The notes under the pieces were generated by a model. The model searched no databases. It was not told where the DNA came from and worked only from the letters and a program-made list of their open reading frames with translations. DNA of 64,000 bases, taken from NCBI RefSeq assembly GCF_009914755.1, contig NC_060925.1; one strand, 5' to 3'. This document shows positions 28,730-42,700 of the stretch, piece by piece. The translations under genes were made by a program, and so were the position numbers. This DNA is from the human T2T-CHM13v2.0 reference genome, Homo sapiens. Every line of letters begins with the position of its first letter. The stretch's first letter is position 1.

Positions 28730-31700
28730 GTATTTATGGGTGTAGAGTTGCTTCATTTCCTGTTCACACTCTTGTGTTTCCTTTGTTCTTAGCGTGTTCC
28801 GTGTTCGGGTATTTTGGTTGCTTGTTTGATTACTGTGGCTTTTCTTTACCTACAACCCAAGCCTGACGTCCCACGGTTTTAAATAGCAGGGGGAGGGGAA
28901 TCAATGTTTGATTCAGGTGTTTCGAAGACCACGCCACAGGCGATGAGCAGAACTCTTCATGTTGAAACGGTTCTGCTACAGTACTAGATTGCTCTCAGGC
29001 GATTTGGGGTTGATACAGGCAAGCCGGTGCAAAACTGGAATACTGGATATGAAGTGAAATGTATAAAAGACATAAAATGTCACAAAATAGTTTGATCACA
29101 AGTGTTGATTTTCCTGGTGAGTTGGGGCTGCGTGTTTCCATGTTTTCTGAAGGTTCACATAAACATGCAGCCTGCCAATTCTCTGTACATTTTTTTTTCA
29201 ATGAGTGGTATTTCGGTTTTCACGTTTAGTTGTAAGACAGAAATTGGAGACTTATATGTAGCTGGAGTGGATGACTTCTTTCTTTTGGGGGAAGAATGAG
29301 AGATGCACATTTCGTTAGTAAATTGTGAACAACTTGAAACGAACCCAAATCCAATTTTGAATTTAAGAAGTAGAGTTAAAATGAAAGGTAGCCATTCAAA
29401 TACTATGCCTTGCTGCCTTCACTTATTAAGTTAGGATTTTCTTCCTTTTAGCCCTTTAGGGATACAGTAGTTTAAAAGAGCAGTAGCCACATATGAAAGG
29501 ATCAGATTTAGCTTAGAGGGAATTCCTTAGACCAGCCCTGCTGTTAAGACTTGACATTCAATATTGTTTGATCACATTCCAAAATATAGCTTAGCTAATG
29601 GCAACATTTGTAAACATATAAATTGCAAAAGAAGCTTTCTTGTGTACATACATTTTTAAAAGCTTGAAATTGATGTGAACTTTTAAAAACACGTAGGATC
29701 TGTATTACATTCTACTTCTCAAAACAAATTTAATTAAAGTGAATATCATTCCAGTATATACAATATGCCTAAGACCCAGAATTGGCACATTGATTTACTA
29801 GTTGAAAATATAACAGTATTCACCAAACTTCAATGTATACTTTTTGGAGAGAATGAAATTACAGTATTTCTTAATTTACTGTAATGTCATCTTTGTAATT
29901 ATGAATTAACAATTCAATGAGAGGAGACTTGGTTGATTAAATTAATGCTGGTCCTACACATTATATCTAAAGGATCTTCGTATATGACTACTATCCTCTT
30001 GGATTATTTTAACAGTTAAAATATACAAAGTGGCCCATTAAAAACAGAGTTGACTTTTCACCATTGCTGTTTTTCTGGTGAGACATGTGGAAAGGAAGGA
30101 CAGGTGGACTTTTCAACTAACTAGCTCTCTGATTTTTAATAAGATACCTCAGTTCTTTTGGCCTCAGTTTACTTATCTGTACAAAGGGTAAGTCATATGC
30201 TTAATCACTAAGATCTGTTAGATACTGCAGTTAAGATTCTTTATCAGCTAATTACTGAACTCTAGTGTTAACATAGCTAGAGGTGGAAAAGGGAGCAAGA
30301 CCAGGTGTTGGGATGAATAATTAACTAATCGAGATAACATCAGTTTTCACCATAGGAACAAGTACCATGGTTGCTCTTAAAGTAAGAGATGTTTCCTATT
30401 TTATGTAATTTTACTAAGGGATAATGTTTTCTTTTGTCACTGATTTAAATGTACCTGGATGTTTCTCAGCCATTTGGCTAAGATCGAACACAAGTAATAC
30501 CTGGGCCTTTTATATGTAATCTAGTGTAGACCAGCCTGTTAAAAGAGAAAGACAATTGGTTAAACTGCTGATGTGTTGCTTTGTCTTCTCAAAAGCTTGT
30601 TCTATAATACAATATGTAAAAAGTTGTTACAGTGTAGTAACCGTAGATAATCCCTTTATGATTTGTACCTAATGGTGAAGACCTTTTATTTTCTGAAAAT
30701 AACGTGTTTGTTTTCATTACCGACATTAGAAGCCAATATTTATTAATCTATTTCTCATCCTGACATTTCAGTCAGACTCTTAAAATAATCTTGCTGTGTT
30801 TTGATTTAATGTGCTTATCAACTTATAATATTGAATTAATGTTAATAGTGTCATTTTAGGTGAACTAGACTTCATTGAAGGAGGTGGGAGCCTTATGGAG
30901 AGAGAGTATATGATTATCTCTATTTGTATTTAATTACCATTTCATCTAACCATTCAGAACATATTTCAAGAATAATTTTAATTCAAGTTGTAGATAAAAC
31001 TTACTATACCATTTTCATTTTGACGCTTTCCAAGAATGAGATACACGGTATTTTAAAGACAAAGATTGATCTTACATGTTACTATTAAAAAAAACACGAT
31101 AATTTTGTTCTACATTTATACTTTTAATTTTTCTGTGGATAATAAGAAATGCCAAGAGTCGATTGTGTCCATGCTGGCAAGTGGCCTAATAAATTGTCCT
31201 TTTATTTGGTGGTCCTCAGAGTGGCAGTTAACATCTTGCTATTCTGCCTTGTGGACTTGAGGTGGAAAGGTTCATGGAATTATATCCTTGCTTTTGGATG
31301 TGCAAACTGAGGCTCAGAGAGTTTAAGACACATAGTCACTTTCACCAATTAAATGATGAAGCTGCCATGTAAACGTATTTCATCACACTCCCGAGACCTT
31401 CTTCTCCAGTAGTGTTTTCAAGCTTTTTGAGCATGCAGACACTACCATCAAAAAATTATGTAGAGACATACTTGAGAGTTACAGTTTAAAGAAAAACAAG
31501 GTGTAATTATTTGGTTATTAGTAGCATTTACATATGCTTGAAAACTTCTGCTATATATACAGTAAGATTAATTTATTCTAACAATGATCTTGATAATTCC
31601 CCTGATTCCCAGACTCCTTGGAATAGCTCCACAGCTATCGGTGGTTCTGCCACAGGTTCAGAGCCTTCCCAGTACTGCCTTCTTATTTGAGAGGTGTGCT

Positions 31701-34700
31701 AAGAGCTATAAAGCAGAGGCTTCAATTGTACACAGTTTGGAAGTTTAGGCAAAAGTCATTTCTTCCCTATATTTTGTCATGCTTATCTCCTGTCTCTTTC
31801 TGTTTTACAGATTAGCAATAAACTCCTTAAAACCCAAAGGTTTGGGCTTCTGTTCCTTTCACTTGCAGTCAGACATGGAGTTAGTGGTAGAAGAAACAGA
31901 AGGGGTAACCTGCATGGTGACAGCTACTGAGGGGATGGATAGGAAAGCAGGCTGAGTCCCTGGGGCCAGTGGTTACCAAAGCCAAGGAGAGAGCAAGGGG
32001 AGCCCAGTGGGCCTGGCCATGGACTGCTCTGGAATTCCGAGTGTGAACTTTCAGCCAAGAAGGTAGTGTGAAAATATTACTGTGAGGTTTTAAAAGTACA
32101 CAAATAACAATTGTTTTTTGTAAAAAGAAAAAAAAAAGTTAGAAAAAGAGATATGCCAAAAAGAAGAAAGTAAAAAATACATGACTTCTGTCTTCTGTTA
32201 ACATATTAAAATTTATTCTTTTAGATTTTTATGTGTCTATATACATGTAAAATATATATGCATCCCCAAATTGTATTATACTCTTTTGAGACCTCACATT
32301 TTTTTTCACCCAAGAATATAACATTAATTTCTTTCCTTTAGAAAAGACATGAGACTAAAGAATGTTTATTGAGTTGAGAGTTTCCCAATCGAGGAGTATG
32401 ACTCTGTATAATAATAAATCTAATGTTTTATTAGAAATTATAATAAAATTAGAAATTTAATATTTGGCAGGATGTGAGTTGCCTGCCTATGTACACCCTT
32501 TATTATATGACTAGACACTCTTTTGTGTGGTCATGGATATATTGGCATCTTTTGAAGTGTATCCTTTTTGTTTCAGGAGCTTCTGTCTAGATGAATAGCA
32601 AGTGTGACACTGATAATAGTAATCGAATATTCCTCCAAGTACAGGCTCCTTCCTCTTTCTCCTGGACCTTTGCACATGCTGCCTGGAAAACTCACCCACA
32701 ACCTACTTTCCATCCTCTCCTTCGGCTCATCCCTGCTCAGCCCTCTTTGTTGAGATATTTGCCAAGCCAGATTCTCTGAGAAGCCTTTCCTGGCATCTTC
32801 GTCTATATAATTCTGCTAGTTGTTTCTAAAACTATGTTGTTAGTGTATATTGTAATCACCTATTTATGTCTGTTTGACTGTGAGCCTCTTGGAGATGGGA
32901 ATTCTCTCCTATGCATTGCGGTTTCCCCAGCCCCTAGCACACTGTCTAGCCCAGTATTCCTTCTCAGTAAGTAGGTGTTGAATGACTTACACAATGAATG
33001 CTAAAAGACCTGGTAGACAAGAAGGAATTTCTTAGCCTAAATGACCAGATGTGGAGAAGATACTCAAACACTTCAGGGTCCCCAATCTGGTGATGTCACT
33101 TGCAGTGGAATTTCATATGAATCCAGTGTGACAGAAGTTGCCTAGTCAAGTTGTAAGTCCTCTTCTCTGGGTCACATGTTCAAATACTTTTAGGGGACAG
33201 ATAATGCAATATTTAAGATACAGGAAGTGATGAGGACTGTGGCACACTGGAGAGTTTGGACTCCAAGAGTAATTAATTCAGTTGAAAAAATCAACAGCAC
33301 TCTGTTGATCAAGCAAACTTTCTAGGGGCCCTAATCCACCCGGGCCTGCAGTATGTAATTCCATAACTCATGGGATGCCATCAAGAGAGACAATCTACTT
33401 GATTGCTAAAGGGCCTTTGTTTTCTTTGGAGTTCCCCAGGAAGGAGAAATGTATGTGTGTGCAGGGGTGAGGAGGGGGGAGAGTGAAGAAACAATACTAT
33501 CCCCCTAAAAAGGTTTGTCAGTTTTCATTATGAAAGAAGATCAAACGTGCCCACTCCAGAAATCTTGGCATATGCAGTTATTTTGAAGCCATTCAGCATT
33601 CTTCAAGATGTCACAATGAAAAGAGTGATGATTTTTTAAATAAAAAATTAACATGTTTCTCTTGGCAATGGGACTTTCTCACCATACTTTTAAGTTACAT
33701 CACTTATTATGTATTCAAAATACTGATTTTTTAAAAGTATGTTCCTTGGAGCCCTGGGAACCTGCCTCAGGAGCTGAGGTGGCTGTGGGGAGGGAGTATG
33801 AAGGGAGCTGAATGAGTTAGTGAGAATCTGGGTCTTCATATCTTTTTTAAAATTGTGGCTGCTTTTTTCTGTTCTGTATAACAACTCTTTTTGAAAACAG
33901 TTTCATTGTTGAGTTTTAAAACCACTGACCTAAAATAACCACCAATTTAACGTAAGTATAACTTCATTGAGTTTTTTTGTATTAAAAAAATTAAACTCCA
34001 TTTTCTTCATGGATTAAGGTGATCCTACTAGGATATTTATTAAGCATTGTCTCTGCTGTTCTTTTTGCTTGCCTTGCTTTATCCCATGTTTCCAAAAAAT
34101 ACAAATAGGTATTTTGTCAGCTATTTTACATTTTATAGCAGGGAAAACAGAGGCTTGAGTGATTTAAGTAAGTTACAGTTAGTAAGAGCCATAGGATACA
34201 TTTCGGTGTAAGTCAATGTTTATGTAAGGCTTAAGGGACATTGGTTGAATTGGCATGACTAGAATAGTTGGGAATGTTTGGGAATGGGGAGAGATTGCTA
34301 ATGGGATGTCTGCCAGGGGCAGTACTGAAAATCTGCTGGTTGGCAAAGGTAGTGTCTGAGCCCAGTGCTAACCATAGTAGTTGGAAAATTGTGTACGTTG
34401 GCTGTGGAATCCTTATGCAAATATTTGTCCAATCCATCTAAATTTCTCTCTGCAGCATTTTTAAAAAGACATATAGCTGAAATTTTGTCAGTCCTAAAAA
34501 TATTTTGTATTTCTCTGCCCAGATTTGCATTTGGGTAGATCGTGCTGTAGAAGATATATCTTGCTTTAAGATAGCTGCCACTGATTAGTTTATTTTAGTA
34601 TTTTAATCAACTTATTGCCTTGTAATCTTTCCTTTTTCATTCTCTAAATTTCTGAAATTCTATCTTTCATGTTCCCCAGGAAAGACTAGTAAGACGTGTT

Positions 34701-35887
34701 TTTATTAATAAGACATTATCCTCATTTCACCATGACATAATTTGGGCTTTCTGTTCCAAGTTATCCTACTTGAATGCTGGACACTTCCACCTGAATATTT
34801 GTCATTTTCACCTCAACCCAGCACATCAAAACAATCCCTTATTACCTCTTTAAAAGAAGCTTCTCTCTCCAGCCTTTTCCTAGTCAGTATCACATCTTTT
34901 GAGCCAGGCATGGGGATTGCAGTTTCAGATTTCACCTCAAGTCTTCCTCTTCTGGTTCCTGAAGCTCCGGCAACCTCTACTTTGAAACATTGTTGGCCTC
35001 TTCATCCCATCCCATGTCAATATTTAGCCCATGCCCTGTTGGCTTTGACTTAACTCAATCACCTTAACCCAGTGTCTTAAAATTCTTGATTTTGAGTTTC
35101 TTATCCATCCAGTTTATTTACACCTGAACTCTTTAAGCATGAAATTAATCATTCTTCTGTTCAGAAGCCTTCGAATGTGACCACAGCTTTTTCCATATAG
35201 ACCTAAAACTTATATTCTTGGCCTTTGAGAGCTGCCTTCCCTACCCACTGATATATGTTTCTCGTGCTTCCTAACACCTACATGCTTCTGTTTGCTTAGT
35301 GACCACCCCCCACCCACTCATCAGCAGTTTGTATTAATTTAATGTAAAGCTGTGTAAAGTTTATTGATTGATAACATCTGTGTCAAGATCATGGTTTTTA
35401 TTATAAAGAGCAGTTCATTGTGTTTTTTCCTTGTCGACGAATGGTATCTCTGTTCATTAGAATACATAATATTTTATGCATAGGAGGATAGAGTGAGAAT
35501 ATGAGTAGAACAAAGTAAGAATGAGAGGAGAGAATAGTGAAATTTGAGGATAGGATGAGAATGTAAATAGATTTATGTCCATCCATTACAAGATTAATAA
35601 CCACAACGATAAAAGTCTTGAATGTTATTTATTTGCATATGAGTGATATTTCAGTTTGTGGCTGATACCCTTTTGGTATTAAATGGAAGATGACAAATCA
35701 TCCAATATTAATTTTAGAGGGAGACATCTATTGAAATCTTTGTGCAGTCAGGTCAAGTTTCTGTGTACAAAAATTAGCAGAGAGGTTGCTGCTGGTTGAC
35801 TTCCCCTAGGATGGTGTCTTTCTGAACATTTTGAAATGTAGATTGAAAAGGTGGATTTGTCAACTAACTCTGAAGTGCTGTAGTTAG

Positions 35888-36205
<318 letters not shown>

Positions 36206-39200
36206 TGAAAAACAAGTACAGGTTGTTATTATCCAAGAATTGTTGATAGAGTATATACTGTATTTGAAGTGTAGAACTGAGGCAGAGGCTGATTAATATA
36301 ACTAGTTTACATTTGTTAGCCTTTCACATCTGTGAAGGAATAAAGTACAGACAAAAGTGGAAAACAAACCAGGAAAAAAAAAATTGTGAAGCACAGAGCT
36401 GCTTAAAAGAATAAAGTCACAGAAATAAGTCAGTATTTTGTTTAGAGACTAGAACTCCAACTGCTAGCCAACTGCCTAGAATATAGTAAATATTTTCTAG
36501 TTTCTTAAATGACTAGTAATATTCCTACATTATGTGATGGCATTTCCCAAACTGTTTAATTAGATGTTAGATTTGTAGCCAAATATGTCTAGGAAATGCT
36601 TAAACAATATAAAACAGTTTTAATGATTGGCTTTTTAGAACGTTATATATTAGTGTGCTTTATGCATATCCAAGAGGTGAGTGAGGTATTTGGGGTTTTT
36701 CAGACTTACTTGATTACAGATCTGGAGTATCTCAAAACAGTTGTTTTGTGGAAAACACTCTGGCAAACTCTGAGTCTTAGTCATTAAAAATAGTTTTTGG
36801 GTAAACAACAGTGTAATAGAAATGGAAATTACTGATTCACATTGAGCCATGAAGAATTTATTTTCAGCAATTTTTATAGAAGTTGCTTTATGACAAAGAA
36901 AGCTTTGGTTAACTGGCATTTGGCATTTCATGCCCCTAAATTTTCTACATGAGGATTTATTTCTCTGGTTCTCTCACTTTCTCACTCAGTTATACTGAAT
37001 TCATTTATGATGAGCGCTCTCAACCATTCTTATTCATCAAAGCCCTGAAGTTGGCAGAGCCCTCTCTGGTACCTGATTAGAAGTCCGTCTTCCGTCTCAT
37101 AGGGAAGTGTTAGAGATGGATAATGTTTCTGTGTAGCAGAAGTAGTCATTATGTCCCCTTAAATTCGGTCACTTTGACTACAGTAGAGCTTCTTAGTGAG
37201 CAGTCTGTGATGGAGTATACTTTCGGAGAAGCTCATGGTGGGGGAAATCTGGAATTTATCTAAATATTTCATTTCTTTGATAAATTACATTAAAAAATTA
37301 ATGAGAGTATCTATTTGGTGAAATCACTTTCCTCCATGTGACCAAATGAGAAATTTAGTGAAAGATTTAAAATCATTTTTCAGACTTTTTCCACATTAGT
37401 CGGGAAGCAAACCCCTTTTTTAAGGCAATGTCAGTTATTAAGCTTTAGGGAACCACATGCCACTTTAGGTAACACGTGATTGGAGAGATTGAAGAGTGAA
37501 GTCCCTGCTTTAAAGTGTACTCCTGTGGACACAGTAATACATATATTTAAAATGGTTCATGTTAAGAGTAGGTATATTTCTATCTAAATACTCTGTAGCT
37601 TTTGTGATTCAGGGAAACGAGTGGAGCCTCACAGGCACAAGAATCTAGTAAATTCTAGGTTTCTTGTGTGGAAATCAGTGTGCAAAATCTTAACTGAGTG
37701 AATTCTTGATTATTGGTATCACATTTGTTAGTCTGTATGTATCTGTGTCATTGATCTCCTTAAGAAGAGACTCGTAGATATTGACTGGGAGACCCAAGCT
37801 GAATGCTAAAATCTGCTCCATGGATATAAGCTGATGCAGTCATCATTTCACATTAAAATGTACCACAGCTATATATGCAGCAAAAAAAAAAAAAAAGTTA
37901 GTCCCTCCAGCTGAAAAGCGGTCATTACTTTATTATCACCACAGAATTTGAAATGATTTCTGTAGTTAACAGTCAGATTTTATTTTTGCTTAACTAAGAC
38001 AAAGTGAATAATTCACTGTGAGCCAAATTCTTTCTTGATTCCTCTTTTTGGAGCAGTCCATCTTTATGGGAAAACCAGCCTAGAATGGTGATTTCAGTTT
38101 CAGGTGATTTCGATAGAATTGTATTTGGCTCAGAAATGATAAGACTGGGGCCAAGAAAAATTTTAAACTTTTTTTTTTTGTAATCATATTACTAGTTTGA
38201 TTTCATATGAACTTCCTTTGTTGACTTTCTTTGCCATTAATTTAAAAGTTCCAGTATCCTCAATATTTGATGTCTTATATGTACAGAATCCTTTCCAGCT
38301 GTAAGTCATCAGCAAGTAAAAAATTTAGTATGGCAATAGTTTTCATAAGAGGTTTTTTAAAACAGAAAAATGTTGACATTGCCAGCCTCTGGGTTGCATT
38401 TTGGGATATGCTACATTTCAAAGGTATCTTTTAAATCTGAAGGCAAAGACTTTTTCAACATCTGAATATTCTGATTTACAGAAATTAAAAAAAAAAAAAC
38501 CCCGGAACATTACACGGGCATATAAATTTGAATCAGGAAAATATAAAATTAGCTGATTATTTTTATTCAGTAAAAGTGCCTTGGCACAGAACTAAAATTG
38601 ATAACTTATGGTTTTAGCATGTAGATAAGTACATGAGAGTAAATCACATTTCTATATGAATAGAAATATCCACTTTATTCATGTATAGATTATAAAACTA
38701 TACTAAACAAAAAGTAATCATTTACTATTACAAAAATTATTAAGAGCCATTACAAAAATTCTCTGCCTACTAATTTTCAATCACCATAGAAATACAGTAT
38801 TTAATAATGCTGCTGCTGTACTTACATAAAACATATTAAGAATAGATGTTATATTTCTGTGTTTGAATATTGAGCTTAAACATAAAACATGTTTGAAATG
38901 TGTTTGTGTGTGTCTCTCACACACACACATAACATGTACATACCTGAAACTCATACTGCAATTGCAACACATCTTAAGTTTTTCCTTTTAAACATACCAA
39001 GATAACATTCTAAAATGAAGAATAATATCTATGTCTCTCTTCATACTACATACTATCTCTCTATGTATATGCAATTGCTATAAACATATCTTCATATTTG
39101 ATATATATAGGTACATATAATATGGATAGATAAATATAGATATATGAGAGAGAAATGGAGATTAGAGATCTATGTTTGCCATAAATCATACTTGTTAACA

Positions 39201-39640
39201 TAAACCATCTGATTAAACTGATATTTTGTGGCCCAAGACCTGAGACATGCAAAACTATTCTTAGCAGATAGAATTTTCTAAAAGCTGAGAGCTCATTCTC
39301 CAGGAGCTGGCCAAGGACCAGTCCTAAAGGCAGACCTTTCTTGGAAATGTACAGAGTCTGGGCAAACAAGACCTGCTGAGTTAACCCTTTCCTATACATA
39401 TGCAGACGGTATTCAGCACAGGGCCTGACAGAAGGCAGTGTTTGTTATTATTATTCATAGCATGAGCCCATTTCTTGTTGTGAGCAACATGAACAAGGAG
39501 ACTAACGGGAAAAAAATGCCCTTTTTTAGGGTGACCACCCTAACTGATTTGAAAGTCTACAATTTTTTCAGTTTAAAATGGTATTTATTTGTAACATGTA
39601 CTATTATTGAATAACAATTTCTAATAAAAAAACTACGCTA

Positions 39641-39713
39641 GTTTTCTGCCTATGGAGAAGCCACCTTTTTATTCTTTTACTTTCTTAATAAGCTTGCTTT
39701 CACTTAAAAAAAA
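39641..39713 (+). mobile_element. Tiny polyadenylated retro-insertion of an LTR 3' end (MER41-like) with TSD
   Basis: CTGCCTATGGAG...TTCTTAATAAGCTTGCTTTCACTT then A8; flanks AAAAAAACTACGCTA / AAAAAAATCTACCCTA. Confidence 0.55.
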
Positions 39714-42700
39714 TCTACCCTACATATACACAAAAGTTAAAAAGCAGCAATAGTGTACATTGGTCAGTATAAATGCATGCAGTTTTCTTTTCTTCAGTGT
39801 ACAAAGTCCAAGTCTAAACCTTTATAATTTTTAGAGTCTAGCGATTCTCCAGACTCCATACTTTTCGTTGTTATCAGATGCCAGCGTTAATTGCTTTTCC
39901 TTTCTTCTGTTTTGGGTTCCTGATCTTCATCTGTGTCTTTAAAACAGATTATTTTCTTTAGATTTGAAAGGTTGGGTTTTTGTCTTCATTTCTTATTTGT
40001 TTAGCCTTGTATTTCCCTTTCTTTAATTGAATTGTGTTATTGAAAATTAAATAATTTCTCTGTGAAGTCAAAAATCCTGTTTCAGGGTGGGCTCTAGAGC
40101 CTTCCTCTTGGGCCATATCCTTAGAAAGCCTGTGTGTATTCTGATACATTTGGCAATTTCTACTGGCTTTTCTTGTATTGTCTGACCCCTTTTTATTTCA
40201 GCGGTGCATCCTGGTCTTACCCAACAGGCAAGTGGTGACTCCAGTGCAGGTGACGCAGAGGTGACACTAGAATGAAGTGAAATATTCTGTTGAGGGCTAA
40301 GTTCATGTTTTTGCTGACAGTGGTAGATAAATGTCATGGCTTCCCCCTGCATAGTGCTTAGGACATTTCTTTTGATATGTGTTTTAGAGAAAACATAAAA
40401 CTTGTAATCAGGAAAATGCAATAACGGAAGAAATGCTTACTTGAGTAACTAATGTGAGTTAGGCAAAGAAGATACAAATACTTCCCATTTCCTACTTCTA
40501 AATTACAGTCAAATTGTCCTAAGCAAATCTCTCATTGTCTCCATGTAAAAGATATAGAGAAGCCGTTAGAAAAAGGTGGCTGGAACAACTTTATACATAC
40601 AGCCTGAATGAACTGCCTCATCATTTATATGTTTGAGGAAAGTGTCTGTTTGATAATTTAAATTAAGTTTAAACTGTCATAAACGGAGAGCTGTACAGAT
40701 TCTGTGGGAGAGGATACTGGGGTACCAGATACTCATTACTAGGCTCTCCACTCTGCCTTCTTCAATACTCTGGATCGGTGCCCTTTATTCATTTTTTTCA
40801 CAACTTCCTCCCCTTTGCTCACATTCTTTACAAGCTTCCAGGATTTTTTAATTTTATTTTATTTCTTTCCACAATGACTCTCATGGCTGTTGCTATAGTT
40901 GCTATAAAAGGCAAGGTGGGGAACAGACAGGTGAATGAGCACAGAGGTCATTTGTAAACCGTTTGTGGTTAGTGCTCCTCTGTTTACTGTCTGTCTGTCT
41001 CTCTCAGTGTCTCTGGGTATGTGTCTGTTTACAACATAAAATATATGCACACAAATCTCCAATTTTTCTAGAGTAACTATTAACACAGTTAAAATCTGGA
41101 AGAACTCTATCTTTTAAAGGAAATACCAATTAGCAAATAAAACAGTTGATTCCCCCCAACTCTCATTCCCCAGAGCTTGCTTAAGTGTGTGGTTTGCACA
41201 CATTCCCTAAATAAAAACATTGCTGGCTCATAACTATGCTTCACTTTCATAAGCCTTCCAAATGTTAGTAACTTAGCCTTCTCCTTTTGAAGGGTTAGTC
41301 TGTAAGTGATACTGGAAGCCATGTGGTAAGAAAGAGGACAGAAGTATAAAATCAGACTCAGAAAGTAAAATCTGGCATATTTGGCATAGATCCATTCAGC
41401 TTCGTATACTTTGTTAGGACCCGAGGGCATGCCTGATTTTCATAAAATCGATGCACTGTTATTAAAACAAACAGGTGAAAATCACTTTTGTTAAACTACT
41501 TGACAAGGCATCTGACTACCTTAAGTGTGTTATAAATTTTGCAAGTGGTTAAAATTTTATGCTTATGAATTCAAAAGATAGACTTTAAATTAAAAACTAA
41601 TTTATGTAGATATTTTCCCTAATAATATAGCACAAATGGGTTTTATTTCCAACTGAAAAGAGTATTTATTACCATGGATATAACTAGAAGAATCATATAA
41701 ATATATGTAATTCCATTAGAAAATATTTTTCTTAAAATTTGAAATGACAAGAACTTAATGAATCTTAAATATCTCTTGTTTTATTTTGAAAAATTGTTTT
41801 CATAAGATACAATTGAGCAATTGAGATTTGTTCTCCCAGTATCTGAAGATTTTTTTGGTCTTGTTTTGTTTTTTGGGTTTTTGGCCCTAAAATTAGGTGA
41901 ATTCAGCTTTGGGTCTATTTCATCCATTCTGGAAGGTTCCTTGGGTCACTGATCTGAGGCATTCTTGATGTGGTTAGGACTTCCCAGCATTATTTTTTTT
42001 AGATCCTGTTTATTTAAAATAAAAAGGATTAGCATGAGGGATGGTAACATTCCTTTTTGATATCTGTAGCAGCAAGTTTTCTTATGATTCATTATTCTTC
42101 TTACAGCTTTAAATCATCTAGGAACTTCATATAAAATTTAATTCCAGTTTCAACTAGTTGTGGAGCATTTGATCCAAAATAAAATGAAAGTCCTCTCTGA
42201 AGCTGTAGAGTAGACTCAAGAATCAGAACAACCTGAAGTTCTTTAAGCTGTCAGTTGAAGGACTAGGTAAAAAACAAATATCATTTAGTGTGATCATTAA
42301 TGCACATGAGTCATTATTCCATGTGGTTGCTGTCGACTGGTCAGGGGCACTTCAAGCCCTAATCTGTACTTTGTCCTGTCTCTCTACACCCCGTTCTACT
42401 TTTTCAGCTTGTTGCCTGTAATATGTGAATGGAAATAAAATAATCAAGCTTGTTAGAATTGTGTTCATAATGACACAAAAGACCTGAGAGAATGTAAGAA
42501 CATATAGAACATCCAAAATAAGACATATGTTTGGTTGGTTTAAAACCTTTTTGTTTGTTTCATTTTCTTCTGTGCTTAATGTGTAGTTACTATTATTTCA
42601 TATCCTTTGACTTACAGGTTTGACTGCAATGCAGTGTGAATATCGCACATGGGACCATTTGTCATACTGTCAGATGGCAATACATAGATGGATAGAATTT

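Noticed and set aside
41830-41860. GTATCTGAAGATT resembling part of PARP8 exon 3 (VSED)
   Set aside because: Only about 13 nt match, flanks do not encode SYSVH or YP; treated as chance
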